Source of the DNA: the human T2T-CHM13v2.0 reference genome, Homo sapiens
Assembly (NCBI RefSeq): GCF_009914755.1
Contig: NC_060929.1
DNA: 64,000 nucleotides
Reading direction: 5' to 3' (one strand)
Part shown: in pieces, positions 13,531 through 30,228 of the stretch
Layout: each line of letters starts with the position of its first letter
Numbering within the stretch: position 1 is the first letter of the stretch
The notes under the pieces: generated by a model
Databases searched by the model: none
Told to the model about the DNA's origin: nothing
What the model saw: only the letters and a program-made list of their open reading frames with translations
Translations under genes and position numbers: made by a program

Positions 13531-16500
13531 AAATAATAAAGAGAGAAGGAATAAATGAATTTCAACTTAAGAAAACAACAAAATATCATTGAAACAAGAA
13601 GCTTTTTTTTTTGTAAAGTTAAATAAAATTGACAAAACTTTAGCTAGACTAACAAAGAAAAAAGAGAAAAGACCCAAATAAATAAAACTCAGAGATGGAA
13701 AAGGAGACATGACAACTGATACTGCATATATCCAAAGAATCATTAGTGGCTACTATGAGCAACTACAGGCCAATAAATTGAAAAATCTAAAGGAAATGGA
13801 TAAATTCCTAGACACATACAACCTACCAAGAACCATGAAGAAATCCCAAACTCAAATAGGCCAATAACAAGAAATGAGATAAAAGCTGTAATAAATCTCT
13901 CCTAGTAAAGAAAACACTAGGTTGTGATGACTTCACTGTTGAAATCTACCAAACATTTAAAGAAGAACTGATAACAATCCTACTTAAACTATTCAAAAAA
14001 ACAGAGGTGGAGGGATTACTCCCAAATTCCTTCTATGAGGCCAGTTACCCTGATACCAAAACCAGACAGAGACACATTAAAAAAAGGAAACTACAGGCCA
14101 ATATCTCCAAGGAATATTGATGCAAAACTTCTCAACAACATATTAGCAAACCCAATTCAACAATGCATTAAAAAGATTATTCATTATGACCAAGTGGGAT
14201 TTATCCTAGGGATGCAAGGATGGTTCAACATATGCAAATCAATTGATATGGTACATCATATCAACAGAATGAAGGACAAAAACCATATGATCATTTCAAT
14301 TGATGCCAAAAAAGCATTTGATAAAATTCAACATCCCTTTGTGATAAAAACCTGCAAAACATTGGGTGTATAAGAACCATACCTCGACATAATAAAAGCC
14401 ATATGTTATAGACTCACAGCTAGTATCATACTAGATGGGGAAAAACTGGAAGCCGTTCCTCCAAGATCTGTAACATAACAAAGATGACCACTTTCACCAC
14501 TGATATTTGACATAGTAATGGAAATCCTACCTAGAGCAATCAGACAAGAAAAAGATATAAAAGTCATCCAAATTGGAAAGAAAGAAGTAAAATTATCTTT
14601 GTTGGCAGATGATATGATCTTATATTCAGAAAAATCTAAAGTCTCCACACAAAAAAAAGACTATTAGAACTGATGAAAAAATTCAGTAAAATTGCAGGTT
14701 ACAAAATCAACATACAAAAATCAGTTGCATTTTTACATGCCAAAAGTGAACAATCTGGAAAAAAATAGTAATCCCATTTATAATAGCTGCAAACTAAATT
14801 AAATGCCTAGGAATTAACCAAAGAAGTGAAAAATCTCTATAATGAAAACTATAAAACATTGATGAAAGAAATTAAACAGGACACCAAAAAATGGAAAGAT
14901 ATTTTATGTTGATGGATCAGAAGAACCAGAATTGTTAAAATGTCCATACTACTCAAAGCAATATACATATTCAATGCCATCTCTATCAAAATACCAATGA
15001 CTAGCTTCACAGAAATAGAAAAATTAATGCTAAAATTTATATGAACCACAAAAGACCAAGAATAGCCAAACCTATCCTGAGCAAAAAGAACAAAACTGGA
15101 GGAATTACATTACCAGACTTTAAAGTATACTACAGAGCTATACTCCACAAACAGCATGGTACTGGCATTAAAACAGACACACAGAGACAATGGAACATAA
15201 TAGAGAACACAGAAATAAATCCATACATCTCCAGTGAACTCATTTTTGACAAAGTTGCCAAAAACATACATTGGAGAAAAGACAGTCACTTCAGTAAACT
15301 TTGCTGGGAAAAATTGTATATCTTATGCAGAAGAATGAAACTAGACCTCTATCTCTCATCATATATAAAAATAAAATCAAAATGGATTAGTGACTTAAAT
15401 CTAATACCTCAGACTATAAAACTACTACAAGAAAACATTGGGAAAATGCTCCAGGCCTTTGACTTGGAAAAAAAATTTCTTGATTAATGCCCCCAAAGCA
15501 CAGGCAACCAAAGCAAAATTGGAAAAATGGGATCATATCAAATTAAAAAGCATCTAAGCTTTCTGCACATCAAAGAAAACAATTGATAAAGTCAAGGGAC
15601 TACCCACAGAATGGGAGAAAATATTTGTAAACTACTCATCTGACAGGGATTAATAATCAGAATACATAAGGAGCTCAAACAACTTTATAGGATAAATTTT
15701 AATAATTTAATGATAAATGGGTACAAGATTTGAATAGGTATTTCTCAAAAGTAGAAATACAAATGGCAAGCAGGCCTATGAAAAGGTTTTCAACATTACT
15801 GAGCATCAGAGAATTACTAATCAAAACTACAATGAGATATAATCTCACCCTAGTTAAAATGACTTATATCCAAAAGACAGGCAATAACTAATGCTCGCGA
15901 GAATGTGGAGGAAAGAGAATCCTTGTCCTCTCTTTGTTATAAGGTACAACCACTATGAAGAACAGTTAGGAGTTTCCTCAACAAACTAAAAACAGAGCCA
16001 CCACTGCTGGATATATGCTCAAAATTAAGAAAATCAGTATTTCAAAGAGATATCTGCACTCCCATGCTTGCTGCAGCACTGTCCACAACAGCTGCGATAA
16101 TGGAAACAACCTAAGTGTTCATCAATAGATGTATGGATAAAGCAAATGTGGTACTTATATGCAATGGAGTACTATTCAGCCATAAGAAAGAATGAGATCT
16201 TGTCATTTGCAGCAACATGGATGGAACTGGAGGACATTATAAGTGAAATAAGCTAGGCACAGAAAGACAAACGTGCATGTTCTCATTTATTTGTGAAATC
16301 TAAAAATCAAAACAATTAAGCTCATGGTGATAGAGAGCAGACTGATGGTTACCAGAGACTAGGTAGGGTAGTTGTGGGTGGAGATGGCGGGTAATATCTG
16401 GGCACAAATATAATAATTAGAAAGCATAAATAAGACAGTATTTGATAGCACAACAGGGTGACTATAGTCAATAATAATTACACATTTTAAAATAAATAAA

Positions 16501-17610
16501 AGAGTGTAATTGGATTTCTGTAACAAATAACAAATGCTTGAGGGATGGATACTCCATTTACCCTGATGTGATTATTATGCATTGCATGCCTGTATCAAAA
16601 TATCTCATGTACCTCATAAATATATACACCTGCTATGTACCCACAAAAATAAAAAAATTAAAATTTAAAATAAAAAAATCACATGCAAGAAATGGCAAAG
16701 CATAAGGCCTTTAAGTGAGAAGATCACTAAGACTCAATTGATATTGCACTTAAGTTCAAGATTATCCAGTGTGCAGATCAATATCAGGAGTGTTTCCTGT
16801 AAGTGGGAGAAAATCACAATTATGATCCTTCTCATAGGAAAAGAACTGCTTAGATCTTGAGGAGAGCTCAGGGCAATTCCTAATTTTATTTTATTCACAA
16901 AACATATCTTCATCAGTAAAAGTAAGAAATGAGCTGGTAGATAACTATTATTTCTGTAAAGTTCACTAAGGCTAAAATAAAAGAATACTGTTTTATGATA
17001 AGAGCTCAAATAGGTGAGGGAGTGACACTATATTAAGGTATCCAATTGACTATATATGAAAAAATATCTTTATATAGATGATTGTCTAGTATAAGAGATT
17101 CTATCTCTAATATAATTTCTTTACTTGACTTCTAGTATTACAAACAGGAATGAAAAAATATTTGGATAAGTTAATAAGACTTATGAAATTAAAAGTAGAC
17201 TAGAAGAAAGACTGATAATAAGAGCTATATCTGGAAATTATTCTGTCATGAGAAGTTAATAGCATACATTTTACACTAAGGCTGAATAATATGTCACACA
17301 AATTAAAGTAATACAAAGGACAACAAGAAGGCCCCTTTCATCCAACTAAAATCAGTTATCTACTAGATTCCTCCAATGCATAAAACGTCAATGTGGTATG
17401 TATATCCTTTTCTTCTCTGATAATGTCTTCCCCATAGTTTTTATTGCAAATATCTAACAAAACTCTTATGTGATTTTTGTTATGACAACCATCAAATTGT
17501 TTTATGCCCACCTTAGAACATGGATATATTAGCAAAGAGAAAATGAACGAGGCTGGGTAGGGACTAGTAACTTAATTACACAATATGTTCACAACAGCAG
17601 GTTGGGGAAA

Positions 17611-18033
17611 GTTAAGGTTGTGTTTCCAGGGAAGCTGACTTGCTGCTGAGATTTCCATTTAAGTTTATCAGAGTGTGCTTTCAGGAGCCACATCCATGGA
17701 AGAGAGAAGAAAGATTCTGGACTGTGCAGATGAAGCAATGAAGTCCCAGCAAGGTCTCTGTCAACTCTGAAGTGACCTCTGATGCTACAATGACCCCTCA
17801 GAGTTGTCATGATTCGAGTTTGAGGCCTGGGCCTTTAGGCTCCTGTATCAAAAAGTCATTGTATGCAGGCTGTCTCTGAAAAGGGTCTTGATTTTGGGCT
17901 AGATGTCTCACTTCAGCTAAGTCAAGCTCTCTGAAGAGCTGAAAACTGAAAACTGTCAGTCAAGAGCAGCAGCTGGGATACACAATCTCAGCCCCAGTGT
18001 GGGTCTCGGGTTGCATAGACAGCATGCACAACA
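17611..18033 (-). mobile_element. LTR16C-like ERVL solo LTR
   Basis: The reverse complement follows the LTR16C order: cccagctgctg, cttagctgaag, gacaactctgagggg, ..cttccctggaaacacaacct. Confidence 0.7.
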
Positions 18034-18874
18034 AAGATGGACTACTTTTTTCAAATTTAGCCAACTTTCTCATTATTATTCTCTGATAAAAATTTTCACG
18101 TTCACTCTTTTACAGTCTCTTTTCAATACAAACTACAGATATACAGGACTTTTCTACCATTTTCCCATTTCTTTTCTCCTTAATGAGTCCATCTTAAAAC
18201 ATTTTGATTATGTCTATTCAATGTCACATTGTATGCCAAATATTAAAGTAAACCAGGTAAAATTATATAGAGACAATGAAATTTTTCCACTCTGTTTTTT
18301 AAAGAGAAATTATGACTGGTATGTATTTTCTATTTTTATGGTTTCTAGGTTGTACTTTCTTTGTTCTAAATACTACCATACTCATGAGTCACTGCACCCT
18401 TTGTGTGTATATCTTAACTGCTATTCTCACTTACATGCAGAAATGCATGCCATCATTCTTCCTCAATATATTAGTTGAATTGTAAATATTAAAAGTAGCT
18501 ATGTTTTTATGACAGAACTAGCCTACTTCATTATGATAAAATAAATGCTGCCAATTCAGTAGGCAACAATAAACAGGACTGCTGAGCTTTCTTTCCACAT
18601 ACTCATGTCTTACATTGTCTGAGAAAATACAATATTCAGAATGTAACACAACTATTCACCTTCTATGGTATATTCATTGATATCCTAATAAAAAGAGAAG
18701 GTTTTAGAATTGGGAGTCTTAAACCAGTAAATCCAAAAAACAGAAACATCAATTGAATTTTCATTTTATGTATGGTATTTGAGAATTTTAGAGATGTCTG
18801 AATAATTAAACAGTCAATTCAAAAATTTCTCACAGATTAGTTGATTATGACTCTCTCTGATAAAATTGTTATGA

Positions 18875-19234
<360 letters not shown>

Positions 19235-19469
19235 TGACCTGTTCTTGATAAGTATTCCCTAAACACTCTTTCCACCTTCCCCCAACACTACCAGTTTTAT
19301 TAGAGTAACTGAACCTCATGATCTGGGGTCAGTCTTACATTAAATAACCAGTCTCAGTTCTAAACTGTTTCATCATTAACATTCCATTATATTGCAATTT
19401 AGATCCTTAAATATCCCACAAAACATGTACCTAAGTTGAATATTAATATAAAGTATTTATTGGTATATT

Positions 19470-20115
19470 TATTTATTGTCAATCTTGTACACAGAGCTGC
19501 AAGCTACATGGAGAACTATGCGTGGTGCTCACCACTGTATCCTCAGGGTCAAGAACAGAGCCTCAAACATAAAAGGCAATTAACAAGTAGCCACAGAATT
19601 TAAATATGAGTATGTCAACTCCTTAATTCATGATCTATCAAATCCATATGAATAGAAATTTTGAAAATAAACTGTAAGTCTTGTTCTAAAAGAAACTGAT
19701 AATACTTATGCAATCTCTGTGCTTTAATTTATATTTGATACATGCCTTCATGTAACAACAACTTATTTCATAATTAATATTTGCTAGGCTGTGCGTATAC
19801 AATGGGAAGCAAAAAGGTTCCTGTTCCGGCTCTCAATATATTACATCCTATGAGGAAAGTCAATATTGATCAAGTACTTACACAAATATCCACATTCAGA
19901 GCATATGAGCACCATAGAAACACACCAACAAAAAGTGTAGGGATCTAGGAAAGTGTGTAAATACCAACTGAGATTAACTAAGGAAACTAAGAAAGCCTTT
20001 TCTCAAAAAATCAGCATTGGAGTTGAGATCCGAACAGTGAATGTGAATTAATAAGTTGTGAGCGTGGGTATTCTCATGCACTCATGCAGCGTATTATACA
20101 AAGGTCCTGGGGCAA
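19470..20115. mobile_element. Degraded L2 fragments in both orientations
   Basis: L2-like 'ctcaccactgtatcctcagggtcaagaacagagcc' (+) and 'ggagttgagatccgaacagtgaatgtgaatt' (-). Confidence 0.5.
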
Positions 20116-20257
20116 AACCAGTGTTAACACCTGTGCCGATGGAGCAAGTCAGAAGGATCCAGTGATGCACAGTCACCTATTCTCTCTGAACCTTGAATGG
20201 CAAAATGGTATGCAGTGTTGTGGAGCTGGGTTTTATCAGAAGGATCTTGCTCCTTCA

Positions 20258-20455
20258 CTGTGCTTCCATGATATGGGGTTAACAAGAGTCAACTACAGGT
20301 GCTCAGGTTAACTACAGGTATTAACAAGAGTTAACCCCATATCTGTGCTTCCATGATATGGGGTTAACTACAGGTGCTCAGGTTAACTACAGGTATTAAC
20401 AAGAGTTAACCCCATATCTGTGCTTCCATGATATGGGGTTAACTACAGGTGCTCA
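20258..20455. repeat. ~2.5 copies of a 75-bp tandem unit containing a 14-15 bp inverted repeat
   Basis: Units start at 20258 (85 bp, with a 10-bp extra), 20343 and 20418. gatatggggttaac pairs with gttaaccccatatc. Confidence 0.95.
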
Positions 20456-20895
20456 CCACCATGCCGGAATAATTATAACTGCAGGAGAAGTAGACTGCTG
20501 GAACACCAAGCAGTCTAAGCTTAAGTAGGCTATACAGGGGAATGCTGAAAATGCTATCTGCCCAACACCTTGGGGCCCAGCTCTGTGGAAAACTGAATTC
20601 AGGTACAATCACTTGAAAGAAGGAGTGCCTTCTTTCCAAGGTAGCTTTTTGCCAGGAAACCCCAATACATCTCCGGCGTCAATCCCGCTTTTCTCCAGGT
20701 AGAAGTAGGGAAGTAGCAAAGACTGTAAGTTAAGAAAAAGAAGAGGATACCTACAGACATGAAAGAAGGCTGCTGAAGCTGGAGTAAAGATCATGGGAGA
20801 TTTCTACTTCATTATATTTTATGCTTAGGGTTATGTTCATTTTTAATCACAGTGTATTCATATGTTAGTGATTTTGTTATAAATATTCTTCATGT

Positions 20896-21227
<332 letters not shown>

Positions 21228-21545
21228 TCAAGATTTGGCTCAGCATGAAATGAACATTTGAAATAGGATAGAAGTTTTTTTGTTGTTTTTAGTTTAAGCA
21301 CTTGGCCATAAATAAGCACACTGTCAGAGGAAATTTTACGGAAGTTCAGTATTTGATGCAGTCCATTCTCTTACAAAACCAAAAATCAAATAAAGCAACA
21401 ACGACAACAAAAATCATTTTCCAAAAACAGGACTAGTGTTTGATATAGCCCATGCCACCCAAGTCTCATAAGAGCCCTGTGTCTTTACCTGGCTGAATCA
21501 AACTTTCCTGTGGAAAAGTCACCAGATTCTTAGATTTAGGTGGGG

Positions 21546-21843
21546 TTTGTTTGTTTTGTTTTTGAGGTAGGGTCTTACTCTTCCCCCCAGGCTGGAGTAG
21601 AGTAGCACAATCATGGCTCACTGCAGCCTCGACCTCTGAGCTCAAGCAATCCTCCCATCTCAGCCTCCCAAGTAGCTGGAACTACAGGTGCACACCAACG
21701 TGACTGAATACTTTTTGTATTTTTGGTAGAGACAGGGTTTTGCCATGTTGCCCGGCTGGTCTCAAACTCCTGGGCCCAAGTGATCCTCCTGCCTCAGCCT
21801 CCCAAAGTACTGAGATTAAAGGTGTAAGCCATTGCACTCAACC
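21546..21843 (-). mobile_element. AluJ-type SINE
   Basis: 'ctcactgcagcctcgacctc..ctcaagcaatcctccc' and 'ctcctgggcccaagtgatcctcc'. TSD-like 'atttaggt' on both sides. Confidence 0.93.
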
Positions 21844-24059
21844 TTGTATTTAGGTTTTGAAGTAGACTAATATGGCACAAATACCATTTTAAAAAGGTTC
21901 AAATTACTAAGAACACAGCAAACAAACAATAAAACCCAGAATCCTTATATAAAATACAGATGAAATTAGCAGTTATGATGTTTTACCTAGAGGGAGTGCT
22001 TGTGAAACATACGCCACCACCCTACAAGGCACATGTTAATAAATAGTGGGCTAATGGTAAATGTATTTTAATATACAGCTGTATACATATAAAACTTATC
22101 TGTTAGAATTGCAGAAAACATTTTCAGCCATGTTTGAACCATCAGAGATGTAAGCCAGGAATTTTGGATCACCTTTGCTGAGCACATGTTATTTTCGTTA
22201 TTGGATTGTTGATGAAAGGCTGATATAGTATACTAAAAATAGTCACCACCACATAACGGAAAATACTTCCCAAATACTCCAAACTAAAGTGTTTCTATTT
22301 CTTTTGACTTAAGTGTAATTTTTACTGTGACTGTGCCACTGACTCACTACTTCTCTCCAACTCTAGGCATATCCTCAGGCTTTCTTCTCCAGCATTTTGT
22401 TGAATCTCTAATGCTCAGTGTCCCCACTGGGAACACTGCTCCTGGTTGACATTATTGTAGAATTATGGATGACAAATACATTTCATTTTGAGTGCTGACC
22501 TTTATAGATTAGTAAGGGCTTTCAGAAGCACTGTGTTAAAGTGCTCTTTATCTGTGTTGCAAACTGCAATTGAGATTGGTAGAAAAATGCATTGATGTTA
22601 ATTATTATGTCAGCCATAAACATTGGACAGGGTGGAGGAAGAGTAAGCATTTGTCTTCAGTAAATTCCATCATATGTAAGGAGAAATACGTGGGTTTTGG
22701 CATTAGAAAGACATAAAATTCTGTTTGGGGAAATGATGGGTGGGAAAATTCTTACAAACTCTTTGAAGCAACCTAAAAACACCAGATTATATATAAAATA
22801 AAACATCATAAAAACATCATCTAACTAACAAGATAGTGAAAAGATATTTGAGAAGAAAAAAGTCCAGAGAGATGAATGAATAAGGTGTTTTGCACCACTT
22901 TTGCACAGTGGGAATTAGCTGATGCAGCAGAGGTGGTCTAGAAACCCTGCATCGCTTTGGACAGTGTCTCAGACACAGGAGGAGATCATTTGGAGTTCAT
23001 GTCCTACCAAGGGTGAGGACTAGATTGTCAAATCCCAGACAAGTACACGTTTGAGATTTTACACAGTATCAAGGTATACTAAGGTATACTTCCCATATTT
23101 TAAGAATATGGGAAGACATAGGTCTCAGTAACAGCAGGAAGTACTTGAGATCCTCAACACACAATACCAGGTCTTTTCTTAATATACTCTCCGGGCCAGA
23201 TTAATTAATATCTGAGGTCTCCAAGTTATGTATGTGATCACATCATTCACACAAAAGGAAGCCATCTGAAGCAAAGCATATCACTGTTTTGAATCCTGAT
23301 AGTAAAAATTACGTTTGTTATATGATCCAGAAATATACAAACTCCAAGCTTCTTTACCTTATTCTAGATAGACGAGTTATACACTGCTAAATTCTTACTA
23401 TACATAAGGATTGTATCACAGAAATATCATTAGTTTATTTGCTAGGAGGCATTTCATTGGGATATTTTCAAGATTTATCTGGTTCACTTCCCTTCTTTAT
23501 TTCTTGGGGGCAATGTCCTGGTAAAGGAAGAGACTAGATTCCAAGTCAATTGCTAACCATTTTCTTCTTATTTTCTTATATTTCTTATAGCTTAGGTGAC
23601 ATAAATAGGAAGATGTTTGTTACTCTAGCATAATAAAATAAATTACATTATTATTTGTTTGCATTTAAATATTAGTTCCTTCTGGATATTGTTTTATATA
23701 AGAGATATGGATCTAAATGTGCTATACAATTATCCCAGTATTATTTATTCATTGCATACTAATTTGCAGTTAAAATTCATTAATATTTTTACCTTATGAA
23801 AATACATAACATATACTATATATGTATAGTATTACATTATTCTTTTCCTTCAATAAAAACTTGCATTTCTGAGTTCATTAAATTCTTAATTTGCTTTAGC
23901 AAATTATAAAATGTTTTTATTTTGATGATATATTGTGGGTTCTATGGTTTCTAATAATTGTCTTTATGGAAAGAGTACAGAATCCTTCCATCCGGAATTT
24001 ATGTGGCAGTGGGAAGGAAGGTGCAGGGAATCGTAAGAAACACAAAGAATCTTTCCATT

Positions 24060-26200
<2,141 letters not shown>

Positions 26201-26214
26201 TCTTGTTATTCTGA

Positions 26215-26616
<402 letters not shown>

Positions 26617-27129
26617 GCAGTATTTCTTTAAATGATGCGAGTATCTCCGGGTTTTTCTTCCAAGTTATTGGCACCTGTTCAAGTGCATTATTCCTTATTC
26701 TTAAAATTTCTACATCAGGAAGCTTTTGACAAATTGATGTGCACAGTTTTAAAGATAGTTCTTATGTATGTGTGAATAAGTCAGTCACTGCAGCCAATCA
26801 TTGCTTTAAATGTCTTCTACTGATAAATTTGGCAAATGTTTTGGTTTCAGTAGCATCGGATGGTATGCAACACCAACATGTACAATACCAACTGTGCAAG
26901 CAACTTCATTTAGGTGAAGAAAAACAAACCTATTAATAGGTTGACATGTATAGGCAGTGATAATTAGAACATGACCAACCCATTACCCAAGAAAAAGATG
27001 AAATCATACACAACATACAACTTGATTTTAGAGCTGCGAGAAAACATGTTTGCTCATAAACAAGATTTTGCCAAATCCCCTCCATTTGGGATAAATGAAA
27101 GGATCTCTTTCATTGTAAGTTTGTTGTCA

Positions 27130-28650
27130 AACTTTCTGATCTTTATCAACTTGAGAGGTGAGAAAACATATTCAGTATTGTTTTAATTTGATTTTCTATT
27201 ATCCAGGGTAAATCTGAACATTGTTTTCACAGCTTTAAATGTTATTAGTATTTCTTTGTGATTTTTTTTCATGTCATTTACCATATTTATATCTGGAGTT
27301 TTGGCTGTTAAAACACTGATTTCAAAGAGGCTGTAATGAGTTCATCAGATTAGCCTTTACCTGTTGTGTAAGTAGAAATTATTTTCCTATATTTTTATTT
27401 TTAACTTTGCTTATATTTCTGCTTTTCTATAAAAACTGGTTAATTTTATAACCAAAATAGTTTCCTGTATTTCTTCTAGAATTTGAATCATAACTAAATT
27501 TTTTTCCACTCAAGTTTATAAAAAATTAAACAAATGTTTTTCTAAAAATTGTATGGTTTAAGTTTATATTTAATCTGTGACCCATGTGGAAATGATCCTA
27601 TCATAGATACAATGTGAGGTAACATTTTACAAATATTTGTTCAGTTGCCTCGACATAATTTATTTAAAAGTCCACCCTGTTCCCACTGATTTGAAATGCC
27701 ACTTCTATTGCATAACATTTTTTCTTACATACTGAGTTCTCTATATGGATTTTATATTCCATTCCATTCATCTATCCCTGTACCTGTGCCATATACAGTG
27801 ATTTTATTATTGAGGTTTCATCTTTGTTTCAGTATCTAGTAGTTTTTTCAGAGGCGTTACCCAGTTATTCTAGCATTGCTAGAACCTACTGTTTTTCTCA
27901 GCTGCTTACCACTTTCTTCATGTAAGTTTGACATGTTTCTTATTGTTGTATTTCATATTTTTTAATATAGAAAATCAGGTCTTCTTTTCCATTATGTCTT
28001 CTAATTGATAGTGTTTGTATACATAAAGATAGAGTAGAAAATAGTTAACAAATTTCTTTAAGTTAATTTTATATCTTGCTCCCTTACTAATTTTTTTATG
28101 ATCGTAGCATATTTTCAATGGATTCTTTCAGCTTTACAGCTATATATTTTTTATCTCTTCCTCTATAATATTTATGCATCTATTTGCTTTCTTTTTTCTA
28201 ATTTCATTGACCAATATCTTCAGTACAGGTTTAATTCTTTATATTTTAAGTCTAACATGTGCTCAGAAATCCACATTAAGCAAGCATACAGATCAATACA
28301 TTATTATTAAGTGGCTGCCTTTGTACTTCCACCACATAAAAGAATATTGTCAGACCTTGCCTTTAAAAAATCACTCTGACCTCTGTAACAATTATTACTA
28401 TTTCTTATTTTATGGAATCACTTCTTTTCTTCATAGTTTCATAAACTAAGGTGCATCATTAAAATTAGAATTTAATTTTCTGTTTGTAAGTTTCTCACAA
28501 TTTGTTTTTCTCCCTATTTATTATTGAAGAAACTGAATTTTGCTGACTACATTCTCGTACTTGGCATGTTCCTCTGTACTCTGAATTTCAATATATGAAT
28601 TTTTAATTGGATCTATAGGCCTAATTGAATCCAGTTTGATTTTTTTTTCA
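27130..28650 (-). mobile_element. Ancient L1M (L1ME/L1MC) fragments
   Basis: T-rich antisense L1 text, e.g. 'ttcccactgatttgaaatgccactt' and 'tattccattccatt..atccctgtacctgtgcca'. Confidence 0.6.
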
Positions 28651-28653
28651 AGA

Positions 28654-29458
<805 letters not shown>

Positions 29459-30047
29459 AAAGACTACTTCATAGGTGCTCTTGTTCATCATCACTAAGTA
29501 CATTGTATCTCGTTGCCTCTCTTCGTAATAGTAGCAGTAATTGATGATCGATATCTGGATTCTTAATTCAATGTAAGTTGCAAAATTGTGATATACCAAT
29601 TTTATCATTTTGTATATGTATGTATGTGTGTTTCAAATATTTCTTATAATAAATAATGCTTTATACTATTCATTGCCCAGTAGAAGATATTTGTGATGAA
29701 GTAAATGAATGCTTGACTCTTTCTATTTATTTACCAGTGTCATTTACATTGGAATCATGGATTATTGTTGGTGCTGTATATGTGCTTGGAAAGGTTGTCT
29801 ATTTTCCATCTTTGGCATAATATTCTATACATGTCTATTAGATTAATCTGACTTAATAATATTTTTCAAATCATGCATGTCCTAATGAAATTTTGTCTAT
29901 TTGTTCTATCAATTACTCAGAGAGTATTGTGAAAATCTCCAAAGTTGTGAATTTATTTATTTGATTCTATCAGGTTTTACTTAAATATGTTAAAGATTTA
30001 TAATTATTTGCAAAAACTTTAAGGATTGCATGCTTCCTTGATATATT

Positions 30048-30228
30048 CATCAGTTACCCTCAATAGCCCATCCTAATCCTAATCCAATATGACCTCATGT
30101 GCCTCTGCAAAAACACCCTATTTCAAAAAAAAAAAAATCACATTCACAGATAGGAGGGGATAGGACTTGAACACATCTTTTCCAGAGACATAATTCAACC
30201 CATTATAAAAGACTACTTCATAGGTGCT
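30048..30228 (+). repeat. Local direct copy of 29302-29479
   Basis: Colinear from 'catcagtta.ctcaatagcccatcctaatcctaatccaatatgacc' to 'gactacttcataggtgct'. Includes ~21 bp beyond the LTR end. Confidence 0.95.

Larger units (their letters stand above)
12270..16200 (+). pseudogene. Disrupted L1 ORF2 (endonuclease/reverse transcriptase) inside the full-length L1MA
   Basis: Fragmented frames 12736..13428, 14035..14373 and 15041..15487, with stops, frameshifts and a nested L1PA. Boundaries approximate. Confidence 0.85.
8783..16672 (+). mobile_element. Full-length (~7.9 kb) degraded L1MA2/3-like LINE: ~2 kb 5' UTR, ORF1 and ORF2 relics, 3' UTR, A-rich tail
   Basis: L1M-type 5' end 'gagcaagatggcagaatagaag'. 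Endonuclease-region peptide LIDIYRTFH..IERMLGHK, RT peptide [26 protein letters not shown], and a LADD motif near 14604. TSD aagaaatcacat (8771-8782) vs aaaaaatcacat (16673-16684). Confidence 0.93.

Noticed and set aside
17999-18478. 159-aa ORF
   Set aside because: Non-ATG start within an LTR end, F/L/Y/S-rich composition typical of T-rich noncoding DNA, and no domain.
20258-20455. CRISPR-like array of palindromic repeats
   Set aside because: The intervening sequences are identical rather than unique spacers, there are no cas genes, and the context is primate.
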